Assembly: GCA_049472315.1 (NCBI GenBank)
Contig: JBLIRN010000013.1
Location: forward strand, 9,562-73,561
Source of the DNA: a bacterium
Lineage (GTDB): Bacteria > SZUA-182 > DTGQ01 > JAFGSM01
Direction of reading: 5' to 3'
Length of the DNA stretch: 64,000 bases
In this document: positions 38,154 through 49,774 of the stretch, piece by piece
Numbering within the stretch: position 1 is the stretch's first letter
Layout of the letters: every line of letters begins with the position of its first letter
Made by a program: the position numbers and the translations under genes
Notes under the pieces: generated by a model
What the model was told of the DNA's origin: nothing
Databases searched by the model: none
The model's input: only the letters and a program-made list of their open reading frames with translations

Positions 38154-39263
38154 ATGGCCTCCCCGGTTTATTACATAGATCCACGCACCAGGTCCAACCA
38201 CGATATCATGGTAAATCTGGAGCGCTTGCTCGAGATGGACGTCTTTTCCAGTTACTTCCTGTTATGGAATCTGGTTGCCATAAAGCTTCATCTGGGTGAG
38301 CGCGGCGGGTGGGGATACATTCACCCCAAATTTGTGCGCAAGGTGGTCAATCAGGCCAAGCGGTATGGATGCAAGCCGTTCCTCACCGACACGAACAGTG
38401 TTTACGTTGGTGGACGTTCGGATGCGGTGAGCCATATTCAAACCGCCTTGATCAACGGGTTCGATTATACCGTGTCCAATGCCCCGATTATCATAGCGGA
38501 CGGGCTTAAAGGGGCGTCATTCATCTCTGTGGAGGTGGGATTGAAGCACTTCCGGACGGCGAAGATTGCCCTTGAGATAGCCCATGTGGATGGTATTATA
38601 AGCCTCAGTCATTTTAAATGCCATGAACTGTGCGGATTCGGAGGATCCATAAAGAATATCGGCATGGGACTTGCCGCACGGGCCGGAAAACTCGCCATCC
38701 ACTCCACCGTCACCCCGTACATCAAAAAGGAATGTACGGGATGCGGTACGTGCAAGAAATTCTGTATCGGCGATGCCATATTCCTGGCCGAAGGCAGGGC
38801 ATACATCGATAGTGAGAAATGTATCGGGTGCGGCCAGTGTATCATCAGTTGTCCAAACGGATTCATCAAGATCAAGTGGGACGAATCGGCCCAGAATGCG
38901 CAGGAGAAGATATGCGAGTATGCCTACGGCGTGCTCAAGACCTTGGCGATTCCCACGTTTTTTATCAATTTCCTGATCCATATCACCCCGCAGTGTGATT
39001 GCTTCGATCACACGGATACCCCCATCTGCCCTGACCTGGGGATACTCGCCTCCACCGACGTCGTGGCCATTGACCAGGCCTCGGCGGATCTGGTCAATCA
39101 GAGCCAGGGGATACCGAATACGGCCTTGAATGGGAAATTCAAATCGGGAGTCGACAAATTCAGGGCCGTGTACCCTGATATCGATTGGGAGGTGCAGTTG
39201 GAATACGCGGAAAGGATCGGTCTGGGCAGCAGGAAGTACGAGTTGATCCCGTTTCCCGGCTAG
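38154..39263 (+). CDS. DUF362-domain protein with an internal 2x[4Fe-4S] ferredoxin domain (paralog of 7049-8266)
   Basis: CTGCGTCKKFC ... CIGCGQCIISCP. Confidence 0.7.
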   Translation: MASPVYYIDPRTRSNHDIMVNLERLLEMDVFSSYFLLWNLVAIKLHLGERGGWGYIHPKFVRKVVNQAKRYGCKPFLTDTNSVYVGGRSDAVSHIQTALINGFDYTVSNAPIIIADGLKGASFISVEVGLKHFRTAKIALEIAHVDGIISLSHFKCHELCGFGGSIKNIGMGLAARAGKLAIHSTVTPYIKKECTGCGTCKKFCIGDAIFLAEGRAYIDSEKCIGCGQCIISCPNGFIKIKWDESAQNAQEKICEYAYGVLKTLAIPTFFINFLIHITPQCDCFDHTDTPICPDLGILASTDVVAIDQASADLVNQSQGIPNTALNGKFKSGVDKFRAVYPDIDWEVQLEYAERIGLGSRKYELIPFPG

Positions 39264-39718
39264 ATGCGGAACTCGACCTTGATCTTAAATGTCCTCAGCG
39301 ACGGGAGATTGAGGATGTCGTCAACCCCCTTCCATCCCTTGATTTCCTGTATCGTTTGATCTATGACCGCCAGATCTCGGGCGGTAAGGGTGAACCAGAG
39401 ATTGAATGCCCCTTCCCGCTGGTAGTGGTGGGTGATCCCTGGAATTTTGTTGATTTTATGTGCAATTTCTTCGATCAAGGAGGGGGCCGCCTTCACCCCC
39501 ACCAGGCTGCTGTGAAAACCGAGGCGCGAGGAATCGAATACAGCGCCGATGCGACGGATGATCCGCCGTGATCTGAGCCGCTGTATCCGCTCCCACACGT
39601 CCTCTTCGGACATGGAGAGCAGCCCTGCCAGGACGGCGTAGGGATGGGGTTCGACAGGAAAGTGAGACTGTATCAGATTGAGTATCCTTGTGTCGGTTTC
39701 ATCGATGGGCTGTCCCAT
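39260..39718 (-). CDS. Lrp/AsnC-family regulator (an AhbA/NirD-like siroheme-decarboxylase-type protein is possible)
   Basis: N-terminal HTH (DTRILNLIQ) plus an AsnC-type C-terminal domain. Confidence 0.65.
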   Translation of the reverse strand: MGQPIDETDTRILNLIQSHFPVEPHPYAVLAGLLSMSEEDVWERIQRLRSRRIIRRIGAVFDSSRLGFHSSLVGVKAAPSLIEEIAHKINKIPGITHHYQREGAFNLWFTLTARDLAVIDQTIQEIKGWKGVDDILNLPSLRTFKIKVEFRI

Positions 39719-39959
39719 GGTCCGGCCTCCGTAATCCATTCGGGAATCCGTGCATCCGCTTGTTCTTCACTATATCACTATATCCTACTTCTGCGGTTAT
39801 TCGCAAATCTGCCGGCAGCGATTTCGATTCTGAACCTTCAGCCCGGGAGTGTCGACAGATAAGCATAGGAGTGTTGCCGTGTTACGCCTGGCAAGCTTGG
39901 TTGGCAAAAAGTCCTTGATGGCAATACGGTTTCGGCATTGAGGCCGGGTACGGCGAGAG

Positions 39960-39988
39960 TTGACAAGTATTGAATAGAATTCTATATT
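39960..39988 (+). promoter_or_regulatory. Sigma-70-like promoter: TTGACA-N17-TATATT
   Basis: Read directly. It lies about 40 nt upstream of the histidine kinase start. Confidence 0.45.
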
Positions 39989-40031
39989 TGATTCAGGTGC
40001 TCCCGGCTGAATGTACACTATTGGGGGAAAA

Positions 40032-42359
40032 ATGACCCTGAGCATTGGAAAGAAATTGATCTCCGGCACCATCGCCATGCTTGTTCTCGTGGTGGTCATG
40101 AGCCTCGTGTCCATATGGAGTGTGCGCCGGGTGGGAAAGGGCGGAGATATCATCCTGAAGGCCTCCTCCTACATCTGTGAGATCCAGAATCTCCGCCTCT
40201 CCTTTGAAAAGGTCCTCATGCCTCCCCATGACTATCTGATTTACGGTGATCCGAAAGAGATCCGCAACCTTGAACAAAATCTCCGGGAATTGAAGCAGGC
40301 CCTGGTCAAGGTGCAGGAAATGGTCAAGGAATACGAGGGTGACCATATCGATGCGGTGGAAAGACCCCTCGATGTGACCAGTGACGGCATCGTGACGATC
40401 GATGCGCTGGCACGGGAGCTCTTTGCCATTCCGGATCCGCTGAGGATCAAGGCCGGAGGGTTGATGAAGGAGATGGATGCCCTGACCGAACAGGTCAGGG
40501 AGCGGCTTGAAGGGTTGATCCATTCTGTCGCCCATCAGGGCAACTCACGGATATTGCAGCCGGCATACGAAATCATGATCACCTTCCAGCATATCCTCAT
40601 GCCTCCGCATGATTATCTCATCACGGGCAACGTGATTGAGCGGGAAAACTACCAGGGGCTCCGCAAAAGGCTCGAGGAGGAAAAGAATCGGCTTTTGGAT
40701 CTTTCAGGGCAGGGCAGGGAGCGGGAACAGATCCGCGCGGTATTTGCAGAATTCAAAGGGGTGACCTCCCTGGCGGAACAGATCCTGGCCATCGACGATC
40801 CCATCAAGTTCGAGGCGAGCAAGACCATGAAACGGATGGATTCCATTTCCGATCACATCATCCTTGAGTTGGACGGCCTCCTGGAGCATTTCAGGTCGGA
40901 AGGGGAAAACGCCAAGGGAAGGGCGGACCGGATCACGGCGGCCTCCATCCACTTTGCGATCCTGGCGAGCCTCATCCTGATCATCGGCGGGCTTATCGCC
41001 GGGCTTGCCTTCTCTTCGAGCATCACCGATCCGGTCCGGCAGCTTTTGCAGGCAACGCAAAGGATCTCCGCCGGTGACTTTAGTCACAAGGCCCAGGTGG
41101 AATCCACTGATGAGATCGGCGCACTTGCCCAATCCTTCAACACCATGACCGATCACCTGAAGACCTATCAGGAAAGACTGATCCATGCCAAGGAATATAT
41201 CGACAATATAATTAAGAGCATGATCGACACCCTCATCGTTGTGGATCCCGACGGCACGATCCGCACGGTCAATCAGGCTACGCTGAACCTGTTGAATTAT
41301 GAAAGGGAGGAGGATCTCATCGGAAAGCCGGTGGAGACGATTTTGGCAAATGCGGTTTCCCTGTTCAGGGGGGAGGAGATGGATCGACTGATCACCGAAG
41401 GGTCCATCCGGAACTATAATGCGGTCTATAAAACCAGGGATGGGATAGAAATCCCCATAAATCTCTCCGCCTCGGTGATGAGCGACAAGGATGGGATTCT
41501 CCTGGGAACGGTGGGCGTGGCAAGGGATATGCGGGAAATACAGAATCTTATCAATAATCTTACCCGGGCATACAAGGACCTTCAGAACACCCAGGCCCAG
41601 TTGATCCAGTCATCCCGCCTGGCATCGATGGGCGTGCTCGCCGCAGGCATTGCCCATGAGATCAACAACCCCATGAATACCATCATCAATTATGCAGGTC
41701 TCCTGGAGGACGAACTGGATCCCAATTCGGAGCACGCCAGCTACATTCAGGGGATTTTGAATGAGGCACAGCGGATCATCAATATCGTGCAGAATCTGCT
41801 CGCATTTGCCCGGACCGATAAAAAGGACCATACCCCCTGCCATATCACCGACATCATCACCACCTCGGTCACCTTCATGGAGGCCTATCTCGCCAAGGAC
41901 GGGATAGCGGTCACCACATACTTCGAACCGGATCTGCCGTTGATCAAGGGCAAGGCAAGCCAATTGGAGCAGGTATTCATCAATCTCATCCTCAACGCAC
42001 GGGATGCCCTGAACGAAAGATACCCTGCGCGGGATTCGAACAAACGCATCGAGATCCAGGTACGCAAGGGAGAGGAAGACGGCGGAGACCATCTGCATAT
42101 TGAATTTAGGGATTTCGGCACAGGGATCGACGAAGAGGACCTGGACAAGATCTTCGATCCCTTTTTCACCACCAAGCGTGCCGATAAGGGTACAGGCCTC
42201 GGATTGAGTATCAGTTACGGTATCATCAGAGACCACAAGGGACGTGTGAAGGTGAGGAGCGAGAAGGGAAGGCACACCACCTTTATCATTGATCTGCCGA
42301 CTGAGGACGGATTATCAAAACTGGAGGAATACGATGCCCAGCATTCTGATCATCGATGA
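40032..42359 (+). CDS. Sensor histidine kinase: transmembrane, HAMP, PAS, HisKA and HATPase_c domains
   Basis: H-box AAGIAHEINNPMN; G-boxes. Confidence 0.8.
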   Translation: MTLSIGKKLISGTIAMLVLVVVMSLVSIWSVRRVGKGGDIILKASSYICEIQNLRLSFEKVLMPPHDYLIYGDPKEIRNLEQNLRELKQALVKVQEMVKEYEGDHIDAVERPLDVTSDGIVTIDALARELFAIPDPLRIKAGGLMKEMDALTEQVRERLEGLIHSVAHQGNSRILQPAYEIMITFQHILMPPHDYLITGNVIERENYQGLRKRLEEEKNRLLDLSGQGREREQIRAVFAEFKGVTSLAEQILAIDDPIKFEASKTMKRMDSISDHIILELDGLLEHFRSEGENAKGRADRITAASIHFAILASLILIIGGLIAGLAFSSSITDPVRQLLQATQRISAGDFSHKAQVESTDEIGALAQSFNTMTDHLKTYQERLIHAKEYIDNIIKSMIDTLIVVDPDGTIRTVNQATLNLLNYEREEDLIGKPVETILANAVSLFRGEEMDRLITEGSIRNYNAVYKTRDGIEIPINLSASVMSDKDGILLGTVGVARDMREIQNLINNLTRAYKDLQNTQAQLIQSSRLASMGVLAAGIAHEINNPMNTIINYAGLLEDELDPNSEHASYIQGILNEAQRIINIVQNLLAFARTDKKDHTPCHITDIITTSVTFMEAYLAKDGIAVTTYFEPDLPLIKGKASQLEQVFINLILNARDALNERYPARDSNKRIEIQVRKGEEDGGDHLHIEFRDFGTGIDEEDLDKIFDPFFTTKRADKGTGLGLSISYGIIRDHKGRVKVRSEKGRHTTFIIDLPTEDGLSKLEEYDAQHSDHR

Positions 42360-43530
42360 CGAGGAAGGTGTCAGGATCACCCTTAAAAAGATAATGGAGC
42401 GAGAGGGATACCACGTTGATACGGCGGGCGACTTCACCAATGCACTACACATGCTCAATGAGAGTTCCTATGATACCGTGGTGACCGACATCATCCTGCC
42501 CGGTATGAGCGGGATCGATTTGTTGAAGGCAATAAAGGAGAAAAACCAGGAGTTGCCGGTGATCGTCATCACCGGCGAACCGAATCTCGAGACCGCAAAG
42601 GAATCGATCCGCTACGGCGCATATGATTACATCGAGAAACCGGTCACCAAATCCAATCTTCCCCCGGTGGTTGCCCGGTCCGTAGAGAAGAAGATGTTGA
42701 CCGATGAGAAGATGCGCCTGGAAAAGGAAAACCTCGAGTATCAGCGAAATCTTGAAAAGAAGGTCAGGGAGCGCACCAAAAAAATCGAATCATTGAACCT
42801 TTTGCTCAAGGAATTCCATACCAAGCTGATACGCTCGGAGCGCCTGGCGACCCTGGGCACCTTCGTCTCCTTTGTAAGTCACGAGCTGCGCAATCCCCTG
42901 AGCGTCATCCAGAATTCGGTCTATTACCTGAAAACCCATATCCAGACCGATAATCCCAAGATCGAAAAGTACTTCAGGATCATGGACGAAGAGGTGGAGA
43001 TCGCCCACAAGATCATCGATGATTTTCTCAACTTCACCAAGGGGAGGCCCCTCGAGCTGCGTTCCGCCAACATAAACAATGTGATCAAGAAGGTCATCGA
43101 TCTTATCCGGATACCGGAGAACATCGAAACCGCCCTGGATGTCCAAAAGGACCTCCCCGACATCAAGGTGGACAGGGATCATATCCAACAGGTGCTCGTC
43201 AACATGATCAATAATGCCATTCAATCAATGCTCCCTAACGGAGGGACGCTGACCCTCTCTTCCCGAAGGGACGGGGAATATATCATCATCGATATCACTG
43301 ATACCGGGGGGGGGATTTCAGAGGAGGATCAGGAGCGCCTGTTCGAACCCTTTTTCAGCAAAAAGAAGAAGGGTACCGGCCTTGGTCTGGTCATCTGCAA
43401 GTTTCTGGTGGATCGTCACAAGGGAAAGATCACGGTTGAAAGCACATTGGGGAAGGGTACCAGTTTCTCAGTCCACCTGCCGATAGATCCCGCTGCCGTT
43501 AAAAGGAGGATTCCATTCCCCACCCCTTAA
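42334..43530 (+). CDS. Hybrid response-regulator receiver plus histidine kinase
   Basis: N-terminal receiver (ILIIDDEEGVR...D), then an H-box (SFVSHELRNPL) and HATPase_c. Confidence 0.8.
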   Translation: MPSILIIDDEEGVRITLKKIMEREGYHVDTAGDFTNALHMLNESSYDTVVTDIILPGMSGIDLLKAIKEKNQELPVIVITGEPNLETAKESIRYGAYDYIEKPVTKSNLPPVVARSVEKKMLTDEKMRLEKENLEYQRNLEKKVRERTKKIESLNLLLKEFHTKLIRSERLATLGTFVSFVSHELRNPLSVIQNSVYYLKTHIQTDNPKIEKYFRIMDEEVEIAHKIIDDFLNFTKGRPLELRSANINNVIKKVIDLIRIPENIETALDVQKDLPDIKVDRDHIQQVLVNMINNAIQSMLPNGGTLTLSSRRDGEYIIIDITDTGGGISEEDQERLFEPFFSKKKKGTGLGLVICKFLVDRHKGKITVESTLGKGTSFSVHLPIDPAAVKRRIPFPTP

Positions 43531-43545
43531 TATCCCATTCCGCGG

Positions 43546-45492
43546 ATGAGGTCGTTGAATACCCCCTCGTGCAATGACATTCTCGGTCCCGGCGGGCTCA
43601 TATCAAAAACGCTCCCCGCCTATGAGAACCGGCCTGCCCAGATAGAGATGGCGAGCGTGGTGGCTCAGGCCATGCAAGGGCAAAAAACCGCCCTCATCGA
43701 GGCGGGTACCGGTATCGGAAAGACCCTTGCCTATCTCGTGCCAATGGTTACCCTCGGGTTACGGGTGGTGGTTTCAACGGGGACCAGGAACCTTCAGGAA
43801 CAAATCTTCCGAAAGGACATCCCCGTGCTGGAGAAATGCTTCGGGAGGGCCATCAGGGCATACTGCCTGAAGGGGAGGGGGAATTACCTCTGCTGGCGCA
43901 GGTGGAAGCTCTTTGCATCACATCCGGGGCTCGCCATCGGCGGAGCGGGGAAAAGGCGGGCGGACATACAATCGTGGCTCGACTGCACCGAGCAGGGTGA
44001 CCGCACCGAACTGGTGTGGCTTCCGGAGGATGATCCCCTCTGGGTCGAGATCTGCTCAACCACCGAAACATGCCTGGGGCAAAAGTGCGCCGACTATGAA
44101 CGCTGCTTTGTCACCATTGCACGAAAGGAGGCTGCGGCTGCGGACATCGTCGTGGTCAATCACCACCTCCTCATTGCGGACTGCTGCCTGCGGGCCAGGT
44201 CCGGTGTCTATGCGATTCCACCCTATGCCCGGCTTATTGTGGATGAGGCACACATGCTCGAGCCGGTGGCAACGGAGTATTTCGGGTGTGCGGTGAGCAA
44301 CCACCGTATACAGGAGTTGATACGGGATATTCGCCACGAGACCGCGGCGCTCCGATGTGAAGATGCCGAAATTGCCGGCACCTCCGAGCGGACCCTGAAG
44401 GCCGGATCCGCCCTTTTCGATTCCCTGTCCTGGTGCGAGGACCGCTTTCCCATCAATGACCGCATTATTACCGGAGACACCAGGGACACCCTGCATCTTT
44501 TGATCAGAATGCTCACCCACATGCGTGAGCGTCTGGGAAGGCTTGAAACGACAAGCGATGCCCTGACCCGCTGTTCCCAGCGGGCCCAGGAGATTCAATC
44601 CTCCCTGGAGTTCATCTACGATCATGGTGACCCGGATTTCGTTTTCTGGGGAGAGCGGAGGGGGAGGTCCGTAACGTTGCGGGTGTCGCCCATTGACGTG
44701 TCCCGGGATCTTGCCGCCCACCTCTTCAATCCCTTGAGAGGGCTCGTCCTGACCTCCGCAACCCTCTCCACCGATCAAGGATTTGAGTATATCAAGACCA
44801 GGCTGGGGGTGAAATCCGACCATGAGCTGATCGTGGAATCGCATTTTGATTACGCCCATCAGGCGGTCATCTTCATACCCAGGGATATGCCCAATCCGGC
44901 TACGGAGCAGTTTGCGGAACGGATCGGTCGTCTAAGCGAGCAGATTCTTCGTGTGACACAGGGGAGGGCCCTCCTCCTTTTCACCAGCTATCGAAACCTG
45001 GAGAAGGTGTACCGCTATTTGAAGGATATCGGGATTGAATATCGCCTCTTGAAACAGGGGGAGGGGGCCAAGGAACATCTGCTCGCGGAATTCTGGCGGG
45101 ATATTCCCTCGGTGCTCCTGGCTACGGGGAGCTTCTGGCAGGGGATCGACATACCGGGTGAGAGCTTGAGCTGCGTGGTGATCGATCGGCTCCCCTTTTC
45201 GGTCCCCACCGATCCCATCACCGAGGCCCGTATACAATGGATCAGGCATAGAGGCGGAAACCCCTTCCGCGATTATCAGCTTCCTTCGGCGATTATTACC
45301 CTCAAGCAGGGGCTGGGCCGTTTGATTCGCCATCGGGAGGATCGTGGTGTCCTGGTCATCCTGGATCCCAGGATATTCACCAAATCATACGGGAAAACCA
45401 TCCTGAGGAACCTTCCGGCATGCCCGGTGGTGAGTTCCCTGGAGGAGGTGCGGAGCGCCGCCCAACGGCTGAAGATCATCGATAGCGTATAA
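43546..45492 (+). CDS. dinG: DinG/Rad3-family ATP-dependent DNA helicase
   Basis: Walker A GTGIGKT, DEAH box (DEAHMLEP), and the Fe-S cysteines typical of the DinG family. Confidence 0.8.
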   Translation: MRSLNTPSCNDILGPGGLISKTLPAYENRPAQIEMASVVAQAMQGQKTALIEAGTGIGKTLAYLVPMVTLGLRVVVSTGTRNLQEQIFRKDIPVLEKCFGRAIRAYCLKGRGNYLCWRRWKLFASHPGLAIGGAGKRRADIQSWLDCTEQGDRTELVWLPEDDPLWVEICSTTETCLGQKCADYERCFVTIARKEAAAADIVVVNHHLLIADCCLRARSGVYAIPPYARLIVDEAHMLEPVATEYFGCAVSNHRIQELIRDIRHETAALRCEDAEIAGTSERTLKAGSALFDSLSWCEDRFPINDRIITGDTRDTLHLLIRMLTHMRERLGRLETTSDALTRCSQRAQEIQSSLEFIYDHGDPDFVFWGERRGRSVTLRVSPIDVSRDLAAHLFNPLRGLVLTSATLSTDQGFEYIKTRLGVKSDHELIVESHFDYAHQAVIFIPRDMPNPATEQFAERIGRLSEQILRVTQGRALLLFTSYRNLEKVYRYLKDIGIEYRLLKQGEGAKEHLLAEFWRDIPSVLLATGSFWQGIDIPGESLSCVVIDRLPFSVPTDPITEARIQWIRHRGGNPFRDYQLPSAIITLKQGLGRLIRHREDRGVLVILDPRIFTKSYGKTILRNLPACPVVSSLEEVRSAAQRLKIIDSV

Positions 45493-45732
45493 AACAAGCC
45501 GATGGGAGTCCCATGTATGACCGATAAACGTTATATATGATGACAAATACAATAAATACCGATAAAGAATATAGAAAAATTGGGTGACCGACATCGCGAT
45601 TGTGTCAGAAACCACCCACAAGAGAGGATGGCACGGGGGGGCCGCAGTTCATGGCGATCAGACTTGTACGAAGGACACTGAGGAAGCAGTACGGGGGATT
45701 TTCTCCTTCCCTTGACAAAAGGGGGGGGAGAC

Positions 45733-46689
45733 ATGCTATATTTCAACTGCTCTTGTGTGGCTCAACTTATAGCTCCTAAGGAGGCGTCATTGGGCAAAAA
45801 ATATACCATTATCATCGTTCCTGATCCCTCGTCAAAGCCCATGCGCTTTTATCTGTCGAAGGGATTACTCAAAGGGTTGTTGATATTTGGTATAGCCGCC
45901 CTTATCTTTTCAGGGGTCATGGTGTGTCATTATTTCGGTTTAAAACGGCAGGTCACCGATGTGGCCAGGCTCAGGGAAGACAATCGCCAGCAAAAACTCC
46001 AACTGACCTCGCTCACCAAACGCATCGAATCCCTGGGCAGGAGGTTGAACCAACTCCACAGCTCCAATTCAAAGCTTCAGATCCTTGCCGGGATCAAGAA
46101 GCCCGAAAACAGCAAGCAGGTGTTCGGCATGGGTGGCGGCATAGCGGACGGCATGTACGAATTCTCCCGTGTCAACCTCGCCCGGCTCGTTGAACAGATG
46201 GAGGAGGAGCTCGAAAACATCGAATTCGAGGTCTCTTCTCAGGAGGATACGCTCCAGGAGTTGACCACCATCATCGAAAGCAGAAAGTCGATCCTCGATT
46301 CCACCCCTGCCATATGGCCTACCAGGGGATGGATCACCTCGGGGTTCGGCTATCGAAAGTCACCCTTTACCGGGAAGAGAAGGATGCACCATGGCGTGGA
46401 TATCGCCTCCAGAAGAGGCACCCCGATCATGGCCACCGCCCGGGGTATCGTTACCTTTTCCGCGGTTAAGGGAAACTACGGCAAGGTAGTGGTGCTCAGC
46501 CACGGCTATGGATTTTCAACCATTTATGCCCACAACTCAGTCAATCTCGTGAAGGTCGGGGATAAGGTGGAACGGGGTGACATTGTCGCCTACCTCGGCA
46601 ATACCGGCCGCAGCACGGCCCCGCACCTGCATTACGAGGTTCGGCAAAACAGAACCCCGGTGAATCCGATCTACTACATGCTCGATTGA
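45733..46689 (+). CDS. M23-family metallopeptidase with an N-terminal coiled coil (EnvC-like)
   Basis: HHGVDI...GNTG.STAPHLHYEV. Confidence 0.8.
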   Translation: MLYFNCSCVAQLIAPKEASLGKKYTIIIVPDPSSKPMRFYLSKGLLKGLLIFGIAALIFSGVMVCHYFGLKRQVTDVARLREDNRQQKLQLTSLTKRIESLGRRLNQLHSSNSKLQILAGIKKPENSKQVFGMGGGIADGMYEFSRVNLARLVEQMEEELENIEFEVSSQEDTLQELTTIIESRKSILDSTPAIWPTRGWITSGFGYRKSPFTGKRRMHHGVDIASRRGTPIMATARGIVTFSAVKGNYGKVVVLSHGYGFSTIYAHNSVNLVKVGDKVERGDIVAYLGNTGRSTAPHLHYEVRQNRTPVNPIYYMLD

Positions 46690-47041
46690 TGCGCTGTCTT
46701 CCCTGAGACCGCGCATCCCCCTATTCGTTCATAAACTATCATTCCCCACAGTATCCCAGAAGGTTTTTAGTAGCTGCGCTTTTTTTCGCCAATGTATTGC
46801 CCAGTTCCAGCATAATTCAAATTAACCATAGGTAACAATTGATTATTTCTCCCAAGAGGCATACAATAATTCCCGAAGGGTTTTGTTTGGCATCGACGCT
46901 GTCCCGGCGGGTGAGGGCCGCGATGCCGTTGATACCGCTCAAATGAAGCGGGAACCAGCCGATTTACGGGATATGTGAGAGGAATCCTCTATTCGTGGGG
47001 TCGGGGTGGTCCCACGTAGCATACATACAGAAAAGGGAAAC

Positions 47042-49762
47042 ATGATACAGACATTACTTACAAAGATTATCGGGAGCAAGAACGAGCGCGAATTGAAACG
47101 TCTCCAGGAATACGTGGACCGCATCAATGTACTGGAGCCGGAGATCCAAAAGCTCAGTGATGAAGACCTGCGGGCGAAGACGGAGCGGTTCAAGGAATAC
47201 TACCGCAAGCACATGGACCTCTTCAAGGCGGGCGAGGGGATCACCGAGGAGTATTTCAGGGACCTGAACAAGCTCGATCTCGATGAAAAGCTCGAGTTTG
47301 AGCGTATCGAGAAGAAGATCCTGGATGAAGAGAAGGCCGTGCTGGAGGATCTGCTTCCCGAGGCCTTTGCCGTGGTCAGGGAGGCGGCCAAACGCACCCT
47401 CAGGATGCGCCATTTCGATGTCCAGCTCATGGGAGGGGTGGTGCTTCATGAGGGGAAGATCGCCGAGATGGCAACCGGTGAAGGAAAGACACTGGTGGCG
47501 ACCCTCCCGGTGTATCTTAATGCCATAGCCGGCAAAGGGGTGCACGTGGTCACGGTGAACGACTATCTGGCCAAGAGGGACAGCGAATGGATGGGTCAGG
47601 TATACAGATTTCTCGGGCTTTCCGTGGGGATCATCCAGCACGATATGGACGATGAGGAGCGCACAAAGGCGTATCAATCGGACGTGACGTACGGGACCAA
47701 CAACGAGTTCGGATTCGATTACCTGCGCGACAACATGAAATTCGACCTGAAGGATTACGTGCAGCGGGAGCACTACTACGCCATCGTTGACGAAGTGGAC
47801 AGTATCCTCATCGATGAGGCGCGGACCCCTCTCATCATCTCCGGTCCTGCGGAGCAGGCGGAGACGGACGATTACTACCGGGTCGACCGGATCATCCCCA
47901 GGCTCAGCAAGGGTCGGCCCCTGCGAGGCGAGGAGGACAAGGAGGAGGACGGGGACTATCAGGTGGATGAGGAGAAGAAGGCGGTCTTCCTTACGGAGCA
48001 GGGCAGGAGGAAGGTGGAGCGCCAGTTGGGGATAAAGGACCTGTACGAGTCCGAGGAGGGGGTGGACGGCATGGAGTCGGCCAAGCACCTCTCCCTCATC
48101 CACAAGGTGGAGCAGTCGCTCAAGGCGCATGAAATCTTCAAGCGGGATGTGGATTACGTGGTAAAGGAGGGAGAGGTGATCATCGTGGATGAATTCACCG
48201 GCCGCCTCATGCCGGGAAGGCGTTACAGCGATGGTCTCCACCAGGCCCTGGAGGCGAAGGAGAAGGTGAAGATCGCCCGGGAGAACCAGACCCTCGCATC
48301 CATCACCTTCCAGAACTACTTCCGGCTGTACAAGAAGCTCGCCGGAATGACCGGCACCGCAGACACCGAGGCCATGGAGTTCCGCAAGATCTACAACCTC
48401 GACGTGGTGGTGATACCCACCAACCGACCCCTTATACGCGCCAATTACGCGGATGTGATCTACCGCACCGAGGATGAGAAGTTCAAATCGGTGGCGGATG
48501 AGATAGAGGAATGCAACCAGGTGGGACGTCCGGTCCTGGTGGGCACCATTGCCATCGAGAAATCGGAGCGGCTCCACGAGTTGCTCTCCAAGAGGGGAGT
48601 CCCCCACCACGTGTTGAACGCGAAGTACCATGAGAAGGAGGCGGAGATCATCGCCCAGGCGGGCCAGAGGGGAGCGGTCACCATATCCACCAACATGGCG
48701 GGGCGAGGCACGGACATCGTCCTGGGTGAGGGGATCGCCGAGCAGGGGGGACTCCATGTCATCGGCACGGAACGGCACGAGAGCAGGCGCATCGACAACC
48801 AGCTTCGCGGACGTTCCGGCCGCCAGGGAGATCCGGGATCATCCCGCTTCTATCTTTCCCTCCAGGACGACCTGCTGCGCATATTCGGCTCCGAGATGAT
48901 ATCCAGGATCATGTCCGGCCTGGGCATGGACGACGGCCAACCCATCGAGCACCGGATGGTCACCAAGGCCATCGAGCGGGCCCAGGCGCGGGTGGAAGGG
49001 ATCCACTTCGACGCTCGAAAGCACCTCCTGGAATACGATGACGTGATGAACAAGCAGCGGGAGGTGATCTACGAGCAACGACGCATGGTACTGGAGAGCG
49101 CATCGGTCAAGAACGTGCTGTACGATATGATCGAGGAGATGATCGAGGATTGTGTCGACCAGCATACCAGCCCCCGGTCCTATGCGGAGGATTGGGACCT
49201 CAAGGGCCTCAAGGGTGAGCTTCTCAGGAGGTTCGGGTTTCTCTGGGAGCCTGATCCGGAGAGGCTCAGGGATGTTACCCAGGCGCAGTTCAAGGAGGAC
49301 GTGCATAACGCCATCATCCAGCAATACGAGGGCAGGGAGAAGAATATCGGCAGCGCCACCATGCGCCACCTCGAAAAGATGATCATGCTCTCCACCATCG
49401 ATACCCTGTGGAAGGACCATCTGTATGCCATGGATCACCTCAAGGAGGGGATCGGCATGCGCGGGTACGGTCAGAAGGATCCCTTGATAGAGTACAAGAG
49501 GGAAGGGTTCGACATGTTCCAGGAGATGATCTGGATGATCAAGCAGCAGACCGTGACCCACCTGTTCATGATCCAGTCGGTACGGGAGGAGGAGGAGAAG
49601 GAGCGGCAGCGGAGGATGAAAGTGGCCCAGCAACTGGAGGCGGCAAAGAAGGCGGGGAGTTTTTCCCAGCCCCAGCAGAAACGAAAGGAAAAAAAGGTCG
49701 GACGCAACGAGCCCTGCCCGTGCGGGAGCGGGATGAAATACAAAAAGTGCTGTGGACGATAG
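47042..49762 (+). CDS. secA: Preprotein translocase ATPase SecA
   Basis: Full-length SecA including the C-terminal zinc finger ([14 protein letters not shown]). Confidence 0.95.
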   Translation: MIQTLLTKIIGSKNERELKRLQEYVDRINVLEPEIQKLSDEDLRAKTERFKEYYRKHMDLFKAGEGITEEYFRDLNKLDLDEKLEFERIEKKILDEEKAVLEDLLPEAFAVVREAAKRTLRMRHFDVQLMGGVVLHEGKIAEMATGEGKTLVATLPVYLNAIAGKGVHVVTVNDYLAKRDSEWMGQVYRFLGLSVGIIQHDMDDEERTKAYQSDVTYGTNNEFGFDYLRDNMKFDLKDYVQREHYYAIVDEVDSILIDEARTPLIISGPAEQAETDDYYRVDRIIPRLSKGRPLRGEEDKEEDGDYQVDEEKKAVFLTEQGRRKVERQLGIKDLYESEEGVDGMESAKHLSLIHKVEQSLKAHEIFKRDVDYVVKEGEVIIVDEFTGRLMPGRRYSDGLHQALEAKEKVKIARENQTLASITFQNYFRLYKKLAGMTGTADTEAMEFRKIYNLDVVVIPTNRPLIRANYADVIYRTEDEKFKSVADEIEECNQVGRPVLVGTIAIEKSERLHELLSKRGVPHHVLNAKYHEKEAEIIAQAGQRGAVTISTNMAGRGTDIVLGEGIAEQGGLHVIGTERHESRRIDNQLRGRSGRQGDPGSSRFYLSLQDDLLRIFGSEMISRIMSGLGMDDGQPIEHRMVTKAIERAQARVEGIHFDARKHLLEYDDVMNKQREVIYEQRRMVLESASVKNVLYDMIEEMIEDCVDQHTSPRSYAEDWDLKGLKGELLRRFGFLWEPDPERLRDVTQAQFKEDVHNAIIQQYEGREKNIGSATMRHLEKMIMLSTIDTLWKDHLYAMDHLKEGIGMRGYGQKDPLIEYKREGFDMFQEMIWMIKQQTVTHLFMIQSVREEEEKERQRRMKVAQQLEAAKKAGSFSQPQQKRKEKKVGRNEPCPCGSGMKYKKCCGR

Positions 49763-49774
49763 GGAGCAGAGGAA

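Noticed and set aside
40704-41186. Minus-strand ORFs inside the histidine kinase gene
   Set aside because: They are antisense to a gene with clear HAMP, PAS and HisKA motifs.
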